Assembly (NCBI RefSeq): GCF_021028975.2
Contig: NC_059431.1
Span: 43,090,001 to 43,154,000 of the forward strand
Reading direction: 5' to 3'
DNA from: Sphaerodactylus townsendi
Taxonomy: Eukaryota
Length of the DNA: 64,000 bases
The notes under the pieces are model-generated. The model had not been told where the DNA came from, made no database searches, and saw only the letters and a program-made list of their open reading frames with translations. Of this stretch, positions 25,350 to 37,758 are shown one piece after another (positions within the stretch are counted from its first letter, which is position 1; each line of letters starts with the position of its first letter). Made by a program: the position numbers and the translations under genes.

Positions 25350-27017
25350 TTATGCGGGGCAAAAAACATATATTGCACACTCTTGTCCCCGCCTCTTCAG
25401 CATTTTTCTGGCTCAGTGCAGGAGTAACACATTTCCTTGCAACTCTTGTTCTCCTGCCCCAGGTTTGTGCTGTCCCCATGACATATTGCCTGTGGGTGTT
25501 TCCACATCTACAAAGTGTGCGTGGGGAATTAGCATGGGGCAATTGTATTGTGACTGTATGGATCAGTGTCCTGTGGCACATGTGCTCTATCTTGTCTCCT
25601 CATACAACATCTAGCACTCTTTACCTAAAGCCTACTTGGTGTGTGTGTGCAAAACTTATTAAATGTATGTAACATTACTATATCAATATATTAATTGATA
25701 CACTGATATATTGATGTTACTGCCAGTGGGAAATGCTGGATTCTACAGTATGAAGAAGGCAGCAAAAACACTTCCCCCAGCTGCCATGACAATGGGCCTT
25801 TTTCTACTGAGAAATTGCATTGATCACAAACAAGCACAGGGAAACCTGGCAAGGATTTGAGCCATTCTACCAGCAGGACTGGCAGTGCCCTGCAAACCTG
25901 CTGGGGATGGCGAAACCTCTCAATCCAAGTGGACTGCACAAAATAAGTATTCATGTAGGATTTATGTAGTGATCCACTGATGGTTGCTAGTTGGGGAAAG
26001 GGTTTCAAGTTGTCATTGGTGGGATCCCCCCTCCCCCGAGTTGACAAAGGCATGATGGGCAATGAGCTCGCCAGGCCTGGCAGAAACCAGCATGACTTCC
26101 CAGATCCCCAGAGAAACAGAGGTTTTGCAGTTCACATATATTTGGCATATTTTTCACATTATTAATACATTGACGTATCACAAAATAAAAGAAATAAAAT
26201 TCACCAGAAGCCACATGACAGGACAAAAGAGCAGAACCAAAATTAAGACTGGAGGGGAAGAGGAGAGGGCCAGTCAGAAAAGTGGAAGGAAGGTTGGATG
26301 ACTCAAATGTAGTAGGGCACTATTATGGGGAAAAGAAGGAGAGGGGAGGGAGGGAAAACCCTGAAGGAGGCACTGTGCATACATTTACTTTGTCTTCCCT
26401 ATGAAGTGTGGGTGTGTGTGTGTGGGGGGGAAAGATCGGTTTTTCCCTACACCTGGAAAATGCAGGCTTCCCTTTAAAAAGTGTGGTCCCTTCAGAGTAG
26501 CTTCGTAAGGGAAAAATCTAACATGAATCATATTTTGAAACTGTTGTGTAATTAAAAATCTAATCTGAAGCAGAAAACTTCTTGAAGCAGGGAACATAAT
26601 TTGTAATTGATCTGAAGATGTTTCCCAGATTATGGGGGGAAAACACTTAAATGTCATTACACAATCAGAAAAGATCTCATATGGATCTAAAGTGACAATT
26701 CTGTATCAGCTGACAATTTTTGATAATTAATTGCCTGGAAAAAGCTGATGGTCCTATTTTATCATTCAGTTTTAAACACCCAAATAGAAAAACATTTAAT
26801 ACTCCAATAAAATACACAGTATTCCCTCAGTGGCTACTGTTGTATCTTTAAGTAATGGACTCCCATAGTGGTTACTTTAAGCAGCAGATTCCCTCAATGG
26901 TTGTTACTAGGCAACCACAGATTCCAGACTTGGTTCTGTCCATAAAACTCAGGGGAGGTGGCAGGGCCTTCCCAGGCTTATTTTTGGCATTTGAGCAAGA
27001 ACTCACTAAGGCAGGCT

Positions 27018-27190
27018 TAGGGTTGTCAGCACCAAGTTGGGAAATTCTTTGAAATTTGGCGATGGAATCTGAAAAAGGAAGATTGAGAATGGGAGAGGGC
27101 TTAGCCGAATATAATGCCACAGAGTCCAGCCTCCAAATATCTGTCATCTGAAGTTCAGCTCTCCAGGTCCCACGAAGGCCGGCAATCATA
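27018..27190. mobile_element. Decayed TAGGGTTGCC-terminus hAT-type MITE
   Basis: Ends tagggttgtc / ggcaatcata; no TSD recognised. Confidence 0.45.
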
Positions 27191-27288
27191 GACCTTGAAG
27201 CAGCTTTTGGGTACCTTGATACCACCTGACTTCCTTAACTCAACTAGGCCTGGCTGCTTGCTATTGCAACAGCAGTCACCCTAGGAAA

Positions 27289-27510
27289 GTCAGCGTGATG
27301 TACCTGAGCTTCAGAGTAGGGTCTGGAATACCCAGGTTCGAATATCCATCTAGTTATGGCAGCTCATCAGATGATTTTAGGCCAATAACATACGTTCAGC
27401 CTAATTACCTCACAAGACTGTTGTGTAGATAAAAAAGGAGGAGAGGAGAACAATGTCAGCTGCTTTGGCCCTCACTGTGCATGAAAGTGGACTATAAATG
27501 AAATAAATAA
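27289..27510 (+). mobile_element. tRNA-derived SINE (MIR-like squamate family)
   Basis: B-box-like caggttcgaatatcc, core cagcctaattacctcacaagactgttgtg, A-rich tail. Confidence 0.65.
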
Positions 27511-28717
27511 TGAAATAATGAAAATTGCTGAAAATGGGAGGCAGATAAAAGGAAAATTGGTGAATAGCTGAGAAGAAGAGAATGAGGCAGGGAAAGGGGA
27601 GGGGATATGGGATTGCCAAGAAGAGGGAAAGAGAAAAGAGTGTGGGAAGGGGGGTTACAGGGGAAAGTGAGATGCCTCCCCCCCCCACAAATCCTTGAGG
27701 GCTTCCTACCATGCAAGTAGGCCTGGCCCAGTGGCTGGCACCACACTACTGGCCACAATTTTCCTAGGTAAAGAAAGCTGAGAGTCAGGGGAGGGAGTTT
27801 AAAACAGAGGGGAAGATAAGGGTAGGTTTGCTTTTGGGTTTTCAGCTATTCAGTCTTCCTGTCTTTCTTCCAGTTTCCTGCCAAACACTCATTTTTCCAT
27901 GCCATTCCCAACACTGTTACTATTAGAAGTCTTATTTCTGTAGCACCATCAATACATATGGTGTTTTACAGAGGAACATAAGAAAAAAAGGCAGGGGATC
28001 TTACAATCACAATCTCAATCATGGACACAACAACAGAGAGAGGGAAGGCATGGGTGGAAAGGAGAAGGCAAGCATCTCTAAAATCTTTTGAGCAGACACT
28101 TTCTCTCTATTTGTCTTAGTCATATGTTTATCCAAGACCAAAAGGAATGTGTGCTGATACTACGGGGGTAGCCCTGCTGGTTATTTCTTAATGCCATCAT
28201 TTGCTGCCTGAATACCCCCTTTTTGGACCTACTCTTCTCTCTCTACTTCATATGGCTTGAAGAAAAAATAGAAAAACTACACATACACACACACACACAC
28301 ACACACATCTTCCTAGAAGATGGAGGATATTATAATAAATAATATTTCATTAAATAATATCTCATTCACGCCCCATTTTCCAGGCTGCAAATTGAACACT
28401 TTTTTATTTTTTTAAAAGAAATATGATTGTATGCTTTTAGAAACCAAACAAAAACTCTGATAACTTTGGGAAGAATTTTAATTGCCAGAAATTGGAAAGT
28501 TTTATGTTTTATCTATTTTGTGCACTTTTAGACAGCCTTTTAACCCAAAGGTTCTCAAGTTCATAATAGGCTAAAACACAATAAAAAAACAAAATCAATA
28601 TACATTTAACATGTTTACATGCTTGTTGAACAGTACTGAATATTTAGTTAAATAGAAACTTGATGCTTGCTACCTAGAAGACGCTCACCTCAGAAATACC
28701 ATGAAGAGATGAAGGAG

Positions 28718-28729
28718 GAGAGAGAGAGA

Positions 28730-28762
<33 letters not shown>
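28718..28762. repeat. (GA)n microsatellite
   Basis: Seen directly in the sequence. Confidence 0.95.
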
Positions 28763-28765
<3 letters not shown>

Positions 28766-31700
28766 AAAAGAAAGCCCTATAGAATTGGGTTGCTTTCATG
28801 GACAAATGCAAGAGGATTCTGCTTAGCCTGACTCACTTTTTTCCACTTCAGGGTTTTTGTTTTGAAACAAAGAAAAATGCAGCAAGGCTATAATTTCCAG
28901 GAAGAAAGCTGGAGGAGGCAGACTCTTAAATGCTTCTCCCGCTCTTCCCCTCCTCCACCTCCAGAGCCTGATCCTGAATGCTGATTCCAGCAGGAGTCGT
29001 CGATTTGGATTTTGAAAATACCCCTTCTTTCTCATCTCCGCTGTCTTGGCTTTTCAGGCTTTACATCCTGACATCCAAGCATCTTCGTATTGTGCTAATT
29101 TGGTGCTTTCAGGAGCAGTGCCTCTCTTCTGCAACTGCAATAATAACAATGATAATGCTGGCACAGCACTGCAATTAAGTACCCTCTCAAAGCACCAAAA
29201 GCTGGAACCTCCTACTCACCCATGAATGCCACTCAGCAAAGGAAAAGCCTACCAAAACAAGGGTGAGTGGGTGCATCCCATAGCACTGGTCTCCCACTTC
29301 TCTTCCTTAGCACTTGTACTCTCCTGGGGGTTGCTATACCGACAATGCAATCTTACACATGTATGCTCAGACGTAATTCCACTGAGTTCAATGGGGCTAA
29401 CTCCCTATTAAGTGTGCTTATCATTACAGGCAGTATGCTATGTTTTCTGTATGCCACTGGAAATGTCATTTCTTTAATAGGCCTATGGCAGAGAAAAGCC
29501 TAGCAGAATGAGATACATTGCAATAAATACATTTATCCTGTACAGGCCTAAAAGATTACACTGTGATATGAAATCAGCAGTATGTGTTGAAGAAACTTTC
29601 AACAAAAAATTGAAACATCAGTTTAAAGAATGATGCTGTCCAATAGGTGTATAAATAAATGTATTTAGAACTCTCCTATCCACACCTACATAATTCTTGT
29701 ATTCCGTAACACTGAAACACACTAGAAAAAGTATACCACAATCCACCAATCTGTCTTTACACAGTTCTTGTCTGTGTTGATGCAGGTTGCACAGAAAACT
29801 CCCTACTGGATTGGTCTTTCATACCAGTTACATGTTTTTATGACTCAAGGTCAGCAGGGCAAGGAATTGGATCTTTCCTAAAGTTATAATTTTTTTTCAT
29901 CTGGATTATTGATTAGATGGTGATGAAAGAATATATAGGTACTTATCAATAAATGCACTTGGTGCTTTACAAGGAGAAAAGTTGGTTTATCTCTGTGAAA
30001 TCCATTGGAAATAATTATATGGCATTATTTTGGGAACTTTTTAAAACGGAAGGATTAAAGCAGGTTCCCAATCTTGTCGGACCTGCAGCCACTTTGGGAA
30101 TTTAGAGGAATGATAATTGCTACCACAGGGGACATTTCAGTATTTGAAAGAGGAAGTGGAACCTACATGTCCTTATATTTGACATTTAAGGAATGTTTTC
30201 CACCTGGTATTTGTGGCAGGCAATGGCTCTTTCCCTTAAGCAATCCCAGTACCACTGCTGCAATCTCTTTGTCCTCCTATCGTATCATTAAGCCTTCTGG
30301 GGAAGTGGTGTGAAGTGAAGGACAGAAATCATGAAAAGATGAGGAACGAAAAAATGCATAGAAAGAAGAACACAAAAAGAGGGAGCAAGAAGTGGGCAAG
30401 AGAGGGCAAAGAAAAGAAGGGAGTGTGCAGAAGGATTGAAAAAAGGCACCAAGATTGAAACACGAAACACATATCTATGCATGACACATTAGGGACTGTG
30501 GGATTAAAGGAATATTTAAGGAATTTTGGGGAGAGGGATTTAAAAAAATGAAATGAGACTCAGATTGACATGGATTTGTATAAAGGAACTATTTGGTATT
30601 AATGAACAGTCAGTTTATGTGTGAAATGAAGCTCTTGCATGCAGACTAATAATCACCTCCCGCGACAGAATTGTACTATGCAAATGTGTATGTGTTCCTT
30701 TTATTATTAGGACAGACAGATATAGATATTCTAACAAAGTCTACAATTTCCAACTTGCTATTTGAGGGAAAGGAAACAACTGGAGGAGGGGGAGGGGGAA
30801 GGGGGAGAGAGAGATTCTTTCTACAAGTGATTTACATCAAATCAAAGCAATATATTTATTACACAAAAATTTTAACAGCGGGACTGCCTTCCCATCATTT
30901 AGAAACTGCGCCACTTCAAAACACCAATCACGTAACTCTGTATGTATTTACCTACTAATGTAAAATATTTTGAAACGTGATGACATTTCCTGCATTTGTA
31001 TTTTTAGAACATCAAATTATTTTAAAAAGAGTGACTGCAATCTTTTCCTTACCAGTGGATTTCTGCTGTTCTTGGCACATTGTGCCAGCTAGCAATTTGG
31101 AGCCATATAATGACTGTTTCTCCTTCCAGCCACCAAATTGTTATGCTTTTGGCAGAATATGGATCCCGGAATGCAAGACTGTAGACTCTTAACCAATGAT
31201 ATACAAACCCATCATTTGAAAATCAATGATGAATACATGCATGGGGCCTGCAGTGAAGGAGAGCCTGCATTTAATCTAGATTCTTAAACCGCATCCTCCG
31301 CTATACACTGAAAGCGTTGGTCTCTACTGAGGCACCTTTACTTAAATGCACAGAAGAAGGTCTCTGTTAAATTCAGATGCAAAACAACCCAGGAAAACCC
31401 AGGAGCAGCAAAATTGGTACAGTCCTTCTAATATAGAGATTAAACCGTTCTTTAGCCTGTATTTTAAAATTACACTTCGCCTGGACAGTTATCAATTTAA
31501 ATGTGACTATGTGTAGAATGTTGCATTCCACAAGCCACTAGAAAGCACAAAAATTATATGCCATGTACGAATGGATTTCCTGATTATAAATTAGGAGAAA
31601 ATGAAGAACAGATGGGATCTAGGGCTAGTTTGCTTTACATTTTTATTTGATTAAGGGCTGTGTTTTTGCTGAATGAAACATATTCAATGTTATGGATATC

Positions 31701-32303
31701 ACTTGCATTGCCTAATGACAATAAAAAACAGCAGAGGTACTAGCCTGAAAAGGGCATTTGCCAGAAGGTGTCAATTTATAGCACTTCTCCATCAAGGAGC
31801 TTGAACAGCAAAGTGTTTCTTCCCCAGACCTTTACAAGAACTTGGTTTTTGCTTTATTGATTTTATCGAGCAAATTGTGCTTACAAAAAAATTATTTCTT
31901 GCTGGGTATAGCCCTGGAGAAAATCCTCCAAACACTCCAGAGTGCCCTAGGAGCCCTTTGAACCAAGGATGCTGCAGAAAGAGAAATGGAATGCACTGGA
32001 ACTTGTACAACAGCCTGTGAAGAGAAAAACCTGAACATTGCCTTATTCACTGAAGCTCTTGCTTAGGAGAAAAGGTGAAGCCAGATTAATTATATGAAAA
32101 GAAGTCTTTTTAATGTTGGAAAAACTCCTCACAGATGCAAAGGTGAGCTCTAGCTCTCCTAAAGGGTTCAATTTGGACAAGGGCAGAAAATCGCTTCAAG
32201 CCTAAAAAACAATTTTGTGGTTTGACCAACTATTCTCTCTCAATACAACCTATTTTACAGGAAGGAAGGTAGATTAAATTTTATATCATAGAGTCTTCTA
32301 GAT

Positions 32304-32465
32304 CAGTGGTTCCAAACCTTTTTTTTCACCCATGTACCCCTTGGCAACCCATTTCTCTAAAACTGTACCCCATATTAGCAAACCCATTATATAATTTTTT
32401 AATATACCACAAACACTCTGGTGTGTACCCCTGGGGGTACGTGTTCCCCAGGTTGGGAAATACTG
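32304..32465. mobile_element. hAT-Charlie MITE, perfect 8-bp TSD
   Basis: TIRs cagtggttccaaacct / aggttgggaaatactg; TSD ttctagat on both sides. Confidence 0.9.
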
Positions 32466-32499
32466 TTCTAGATAACAGAAGAGCAACTCAAAAGGTTGT

Positions 32500-33910
32500 A
32501 GCAAGGCTAAAAGGGGTATTATCTCCGCAGCTATAACCCTAATTTTGTTGAAACCAAGATAAATAATTCAATAAAAACCCATAACCTACAAACACACGTA
32601 ACATCAGCATCATTACTAAGGGTGTTTACCATTAAAGTTAGTAGACTTTCGAAGAGGGGAATTCTTTCCTCTGGTGCCTTTGCATTGATTAATAGATTTT
32701 TAAGTTCAACTACTGGTGCTGACTCCAACAAAGCAGTAGTGGCTCGCTCCAAACATAGGGACCATCTTATTTTAGGTAAAAGGTCTTATTTTAGGTAAAA
32801 GGTCATTAGACTTCAGACTGAACACAAGGGGAAGACTGTCACTCACAAAAATAATCATCAATAATGAAAGTTTCTAAAAAATTCCACAGGTAAGGGGAGA
32901 TCAAAACATAATTGATTAAACTTCTGCCACACACAGATACAAATGTTTAATTTCTAGCATTTTTAAAATGATACAATCAGTTTAGCCAAAACTTATTAAA
33001 TTGGACTGCAAACTTAATTAGCAAGGTGCCAGCATAGTTTAAAACTGAATCTTTAGATTCGTGTTGGGATGGGGATAGTAAAACTTGAATGACCTCATCT
33101 TCCAGGCCATTTCTTAGAAATGCAGTTAAATTGGACCCCACCCTAGCATTAAAATCTCCCACCAAAATAATTTCTGTGACTGGGTATTTATACTCTAGCT
33201 CCTCTATATAGGTAGATAGATCACTCCAGACCATAGATAGGGACGAGTAGTCCAGCCCTGAGGGCATATAAATGTTAACTACTATCAGCTTTAGTGTCCC
33301 TATGCACAGCAAAGTCACCAGAGCTATCGGTGGGCAGCTCTGAAGGGCTTCCGATACTACTTTGGTAGACAACAGGGTGACTAAGCCACCAGAGGAGCGG
33401 CCCGAGTTTTTGGATTTAACAGCTGGGAGTCAATATGTACAAAAATTGTCCAAGATAACATCTGAATTGGCCCAGGTTTCTTGCAAAAGTATTACTGTGA
33501 AATTTTTTTAGGTAGCTGCAGAAACAGGTGTTAATAATTTTGTTCCAAGATAGGAGCTTTGCATGGGGGTTCACGTTGTGTCACACTGATGTGTTCAGAG
33601 TTTCAGTGTCAGATGACACATATTGGATGCAGTCATTGTTGGCCCCCAAAGTGTTATCTATGGTAGGAGTGCAGTTAAGGTCCTTCATCACCTTTCAATT
33701 AGGTAAAGCTATTGGGCCATTGTCAGAGGGGCTAGGATGATATATCTCAGCTGTCAGCTGCCTATTAGTTATCATGAGATCAATAGGGGGATCCGTAGTC
33801 TCAGTATTAACTACAGGTAATTCCAATTCAGTGGACCTTTCTGTTAGTGGTTGGGAGGCTTTCATGTGTTGTAAGAACTTATTTTTCATTAATTCCAATC
33901 TATCTATTAC
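32500..33910 (-). mobile_element. Non-LTR retrotransposon fragment: APE endonuclease and flanks, no RT (clade uncertain)
   Basis: Motifs ILLQETW, GRSSGGL, NIYMP, IILVGDFNAR, INYVLI and SDSLPL in order, with frameshifts. Confidence 0.8.
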
Positions 33911-35194
33911 ACTCCATGTGAGGATCCATCTTTTGCCTTAAAGATCCTCTGAAACTGAAAATGTAAACAAACAAACCCCCAGACACATCACTGTCTCCAT
34001 GCACCCAAATGGGAATGTTGAACAAGTCCTATTTAAATAAAACAAATGGTGATGACCCATCAGTTGGGCATACGTATTAAGTGCATCCAGTCCTTTCAAG
34101 CTCCATGCCAGAGACTCTTATTATGTCCATACCATCTATCACCCTGTTCAGCAAACAGGGCAATTTCTGTATTTGTATGTACAGTTAGCTTTCACACATA
34201 ATGAAACATGTTGGAAGTCATTATGTGTGCCTTATTTTTGCAGTGAAACAGTACTGAAGTGCCTTAAAATGAACTATGGTTTCCATCCAACATTAAATGC
34301 AGAATCAGGACTCTTGCTTGGTTTTTGTTTTTTCAGATTGGCTGTTGTGGTCAATACTGTCATCCATTTTGCAATACTTGTGCATAGGTTATGCAGTTTA
34401 TGTTGTTTGATAGTTTCTTAATGGTATCTGATTTAGGGAAAATTACTAATATATTGCTGTGATGCAGGAAAACATGATGTTTCCTATATCTCTGCCACTA
34501 ATTGTATTGATTTATTTGTTTCCACTTCAGTAAAAGAGTTTTACCTATCACATTATCTTATTTACCCTGGAGTTGCTTCCTCACCCAGTCAACTCAGCAA
34601 CTGAATTTTAATTAATCAAACAAGCCACTTAGATGTATTACATGCTGATGTTCATATCTGATTTTTCTCCCAATCCATTGAATTGGTTACAATATAGTTC
34701 TACAGTAAAGGATTGTGATTTTAGTGCATGTTTAGACTTTTCGATTAAGTGTTAAGTCTGATTGGAAGATTCTGACAGTTCCAGTCAGGTACTTCTAAAA
34801 AGAGGAGATGATGTGATTTGTTTTTTTGGGTGTACATGTTGGTGGTATTCTTTCAGCGCAGCTTATGCACCATCCACAGTTCCGGTATCTATTGTATGGA
34901 CAGGTGATGGATCTATGAAAGTTAATTAGATGTACTAAATAAACCCTGTATAGGCATATTTTAAAAGCTGTTGTTGGGTAAAAGATGCTCAGGCAGGAAG
35001 CACCAATATGCACTTCAATTTGTGCACAATGAAACAGGAATTATTCACACTGACATGGACTCCTTGTTCACTGTTTCGAGTTGTGGTATTTAGATCTATT
35101 ATCAGTCCTACTTGATTCTGGTAAGCTTGATTCTGGTAAACCTTTTAAAAAACCACCCAGGCTAAGGGTTGCAAGACCATCTTGTACAATTCTT

Positions 35195-35239
<45 letters not shown>

Positions 35240-35281
35240 CACCACCACCACCACCAGTACCAGCACCACCAGCACCACCAC
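35195..35281. repeat. Compound microsatellite (TAC)12(CAC)n
   Basis: Seen directly in the sequence. Confidence 0.95.
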
Positions 35282-36771
35282 CTGCAAAGATCATTAGCAC
35301 ACATTAGCACATCTTCCACATTAACAGCCTGACCTTATGGACCCCGTAAAACTATATATTTTAACACTTGCTGTTTCATTCCTACTGCCCAGAAAACAAA
35401 ATTCCTCTCACAAATGAGCTAAAACAGAAAAGATTGTAACAAATTCAAGCTACCATAAGTAAAATTAGAGGACACACAAATAAAAAGCCATATTCAGGTA
35501 AACATTGATGTGTTATTCCTAAACCACAAAGCAAGAATCACATGAAAACCTTTCCCACAAGAAGGTGTTTGCAAGCCTTAAGTCCTTGAAAGCCTGTCTA
35601 CTAATAGAATGAGAACTACTTTTCTCATAAAATGTTTGGTTGTGGGATGCAAAAATACTCTCACACAGAACAGAAACAGGAGGTTTGGAACCCCAAGAGG
35701 GCCTGTAGCCATGCAGACCTCTCTTTCTGCTCATGCTGACTCCCAGTGTTCTATCAGTGTCCTCCCCCTAGCGTCCTTCTGCCAAACCTCCACACCATAT
35801 GCTGTATCAACCTGCTTTCCTAGCCTCCCTTTGCTGAAACGTTTCCTTTTCCAACCCTTTCTTCGCCCAACCCTCTTTGCTCAGGACCTTCTGCCTCTGC
35901 AGCTGAAAAGAAACCTTGAGTGCATTACATAGAGATGTTTAACTATACAAGTTCAAAAGGATACACAGACCATAAGTCAATCAATATAATGACAGTGGGC
36001 TGGGGAGCAATTACTCTATCATTAGATTTTGACACTATTTTCTAAATGTAATTTTTTCTTTTCTTTCTCTGGTCAAATGCTCTTACGGGCTTGGATCCAG
36101 CAAAGCAATTATGCAGGTGATTAATCCATATCTGATCTGCACTGTGGGTACCCTCCCATCAACAGATGCAATTTGTATGCAGCTAGCAAGCTACATTCAC
36201 TTTTTAAAATGTTCTCTGCCCTTGAGTGTTAAATCAAACAAGTGAGCAAAAATGCTTACTTGACAGGGGAAAACACCTTACTGGAAAATATCACCCTTTT
36301 GGAACTCAAGGGAAGTACATAGCAAATCTGTAGGTCATTGACTTGCACTTACACCCCCTGATTGCTTGAAAGCCTTGGGGGGGGGGGGGTATAGAGGGCT
36401 ATTCATTTTCTTCTATCAGTAGCTATACATCAATTACCTTTTAAGATAAAATATTATTTGTCTTTTTTAAGGGTAAAGTTGTGTCAAAGGTTAACTTCAA
36501 ATACATCATGACTATTGAATGTGAACGCTCTGTCTCCCCTTTCCCAAGCAATTTTACTGGGACTGGGAACCTGTAGTTTGTTGTATCATGGAATAAGACA
36601 CTGAGGGAATCTTGACATGGATGAACTTGGTTCTAAATTCCACAAAGCTTCTCATGAAGGTAGTAAATGTATGCCCAAAATGAGATGACAACTAGACAGT
36701 AGAACAGCAAAAATATTTTAACTGTATAAAAAACTGAAGTAAACATTCCTGACATTTACTATCCAGTTATC

Positions 36772-37090
36772 GAGAACCAGGATGGTATGGTGGACTCTAA
36801 TCTGGATGGACTCTAATCTAAGATCAGGTGGACTCTAATCTCGATGGACTCTAATCTGGAGAACTGGGTTTGATTCCCCACTCATCCACATGAGTAGTGG
36901 ACTCTTATCTGGTAAACTGGATTTGTTTCCCCTCTGCTACATAGTTCATTCAGAACTCTCTCAGCCTTACCTACCTCACAAGGTGTCTATTGTGGGGAGA
37001 GAAAGGGAAATGAGTTTGCAGGCTGCCTTGAGTTTCCTTACAGGAGAGAAAGGTTGGGTATAAATCCAAACTCTTTTTCTTCTTCTTCTT
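36772..37090 (+). mobile_element. tRNA-derived SINE with (CTT)n tail (Squam3-like, tentative)
   Basis: B-box-like gggtttgattccc, core ctcagccttacctacctcacaagg, tail gggtataaatccaaactc(ttc)n. Confidence 0.75.
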
Positions 37091-37160
37091 GTAACACTTG
37101 CAACAGGTTAAGAGAGTCAGCCTGTCCTTGAAAGCAGCCTGTCCGCAGTCCGGATTATGC

Positions 37161-37758
37161 TGGGATGCATGTCTGGACACATCCAGTCTAAAAACACCTT
37201 ATTGATATTTTTAAGGTATATTCAGGTATATTATGTGGGTTCCATATATTTCTGGAATTGGTCAGAAAATATCCAGGGCCAAAATTTTAAGTTCTCAAGG
37301 TCTGTCCCACATCATAACAGGTTCAGAATGAATATGCAGGTATCTCAACCAGCCCAAGGAAGGCAGTTCTTAATCTGTGAAAGTCTTGCCTAGCCCTGAA
37401 AGAAGGCTTCCAGCCAACACAAGTCTTCCCTGGCCTGGGGAACATGGCCACTGGCCCAGGAGAGCCAGGTACAGGGCCCAGTAGGATAACTGCCCCCCAC
37501 CTTGTTGAAGGGCCTGTAGAATTTGACTCTTTGGTTCAAATTACTTGAAGCTGGGGAGTTCTTTAGTGGGCAAGCAGCACTAGACCTTCTGCGGTTTTGG
37601 CATCATTTGGTTGAAAAACTGACATTCCCCTTCAGAATATGTCCCCCATAGGGACTGATGGAACTTAAAACTTGAACCCAGTCCTGAACCGTGATCCGGG
37701 GACCTGAATCCCACTTCCAAAAATCTGAAAAATACTTTTTTTCAGATGCACATCCCTA
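37161..37758. mobile_element. hAT-type non-autonomous element, perfect 8-bp TSD
   Basis: Ends tgggatgcatg / tgcacatcccta; TSD gattatgc at 37153-37160 and 37759-37766. Confidence 0.85.

Noticed and set aside
35025-35042. SOX plus FOX:ETS-like motif (acaatgaaacaggaat)
   Set aside because: A single short match with no conservation evidence available.
35081-35332. Poly-Tyr/poly-His protein ORF
   Set aside because: It is the translation of a microsatellite.
36799-36860. CRISPR-like repeat array
   Set aside because: Eukaryotic context; 13-bp units with almost no spacers, inside a SINE.
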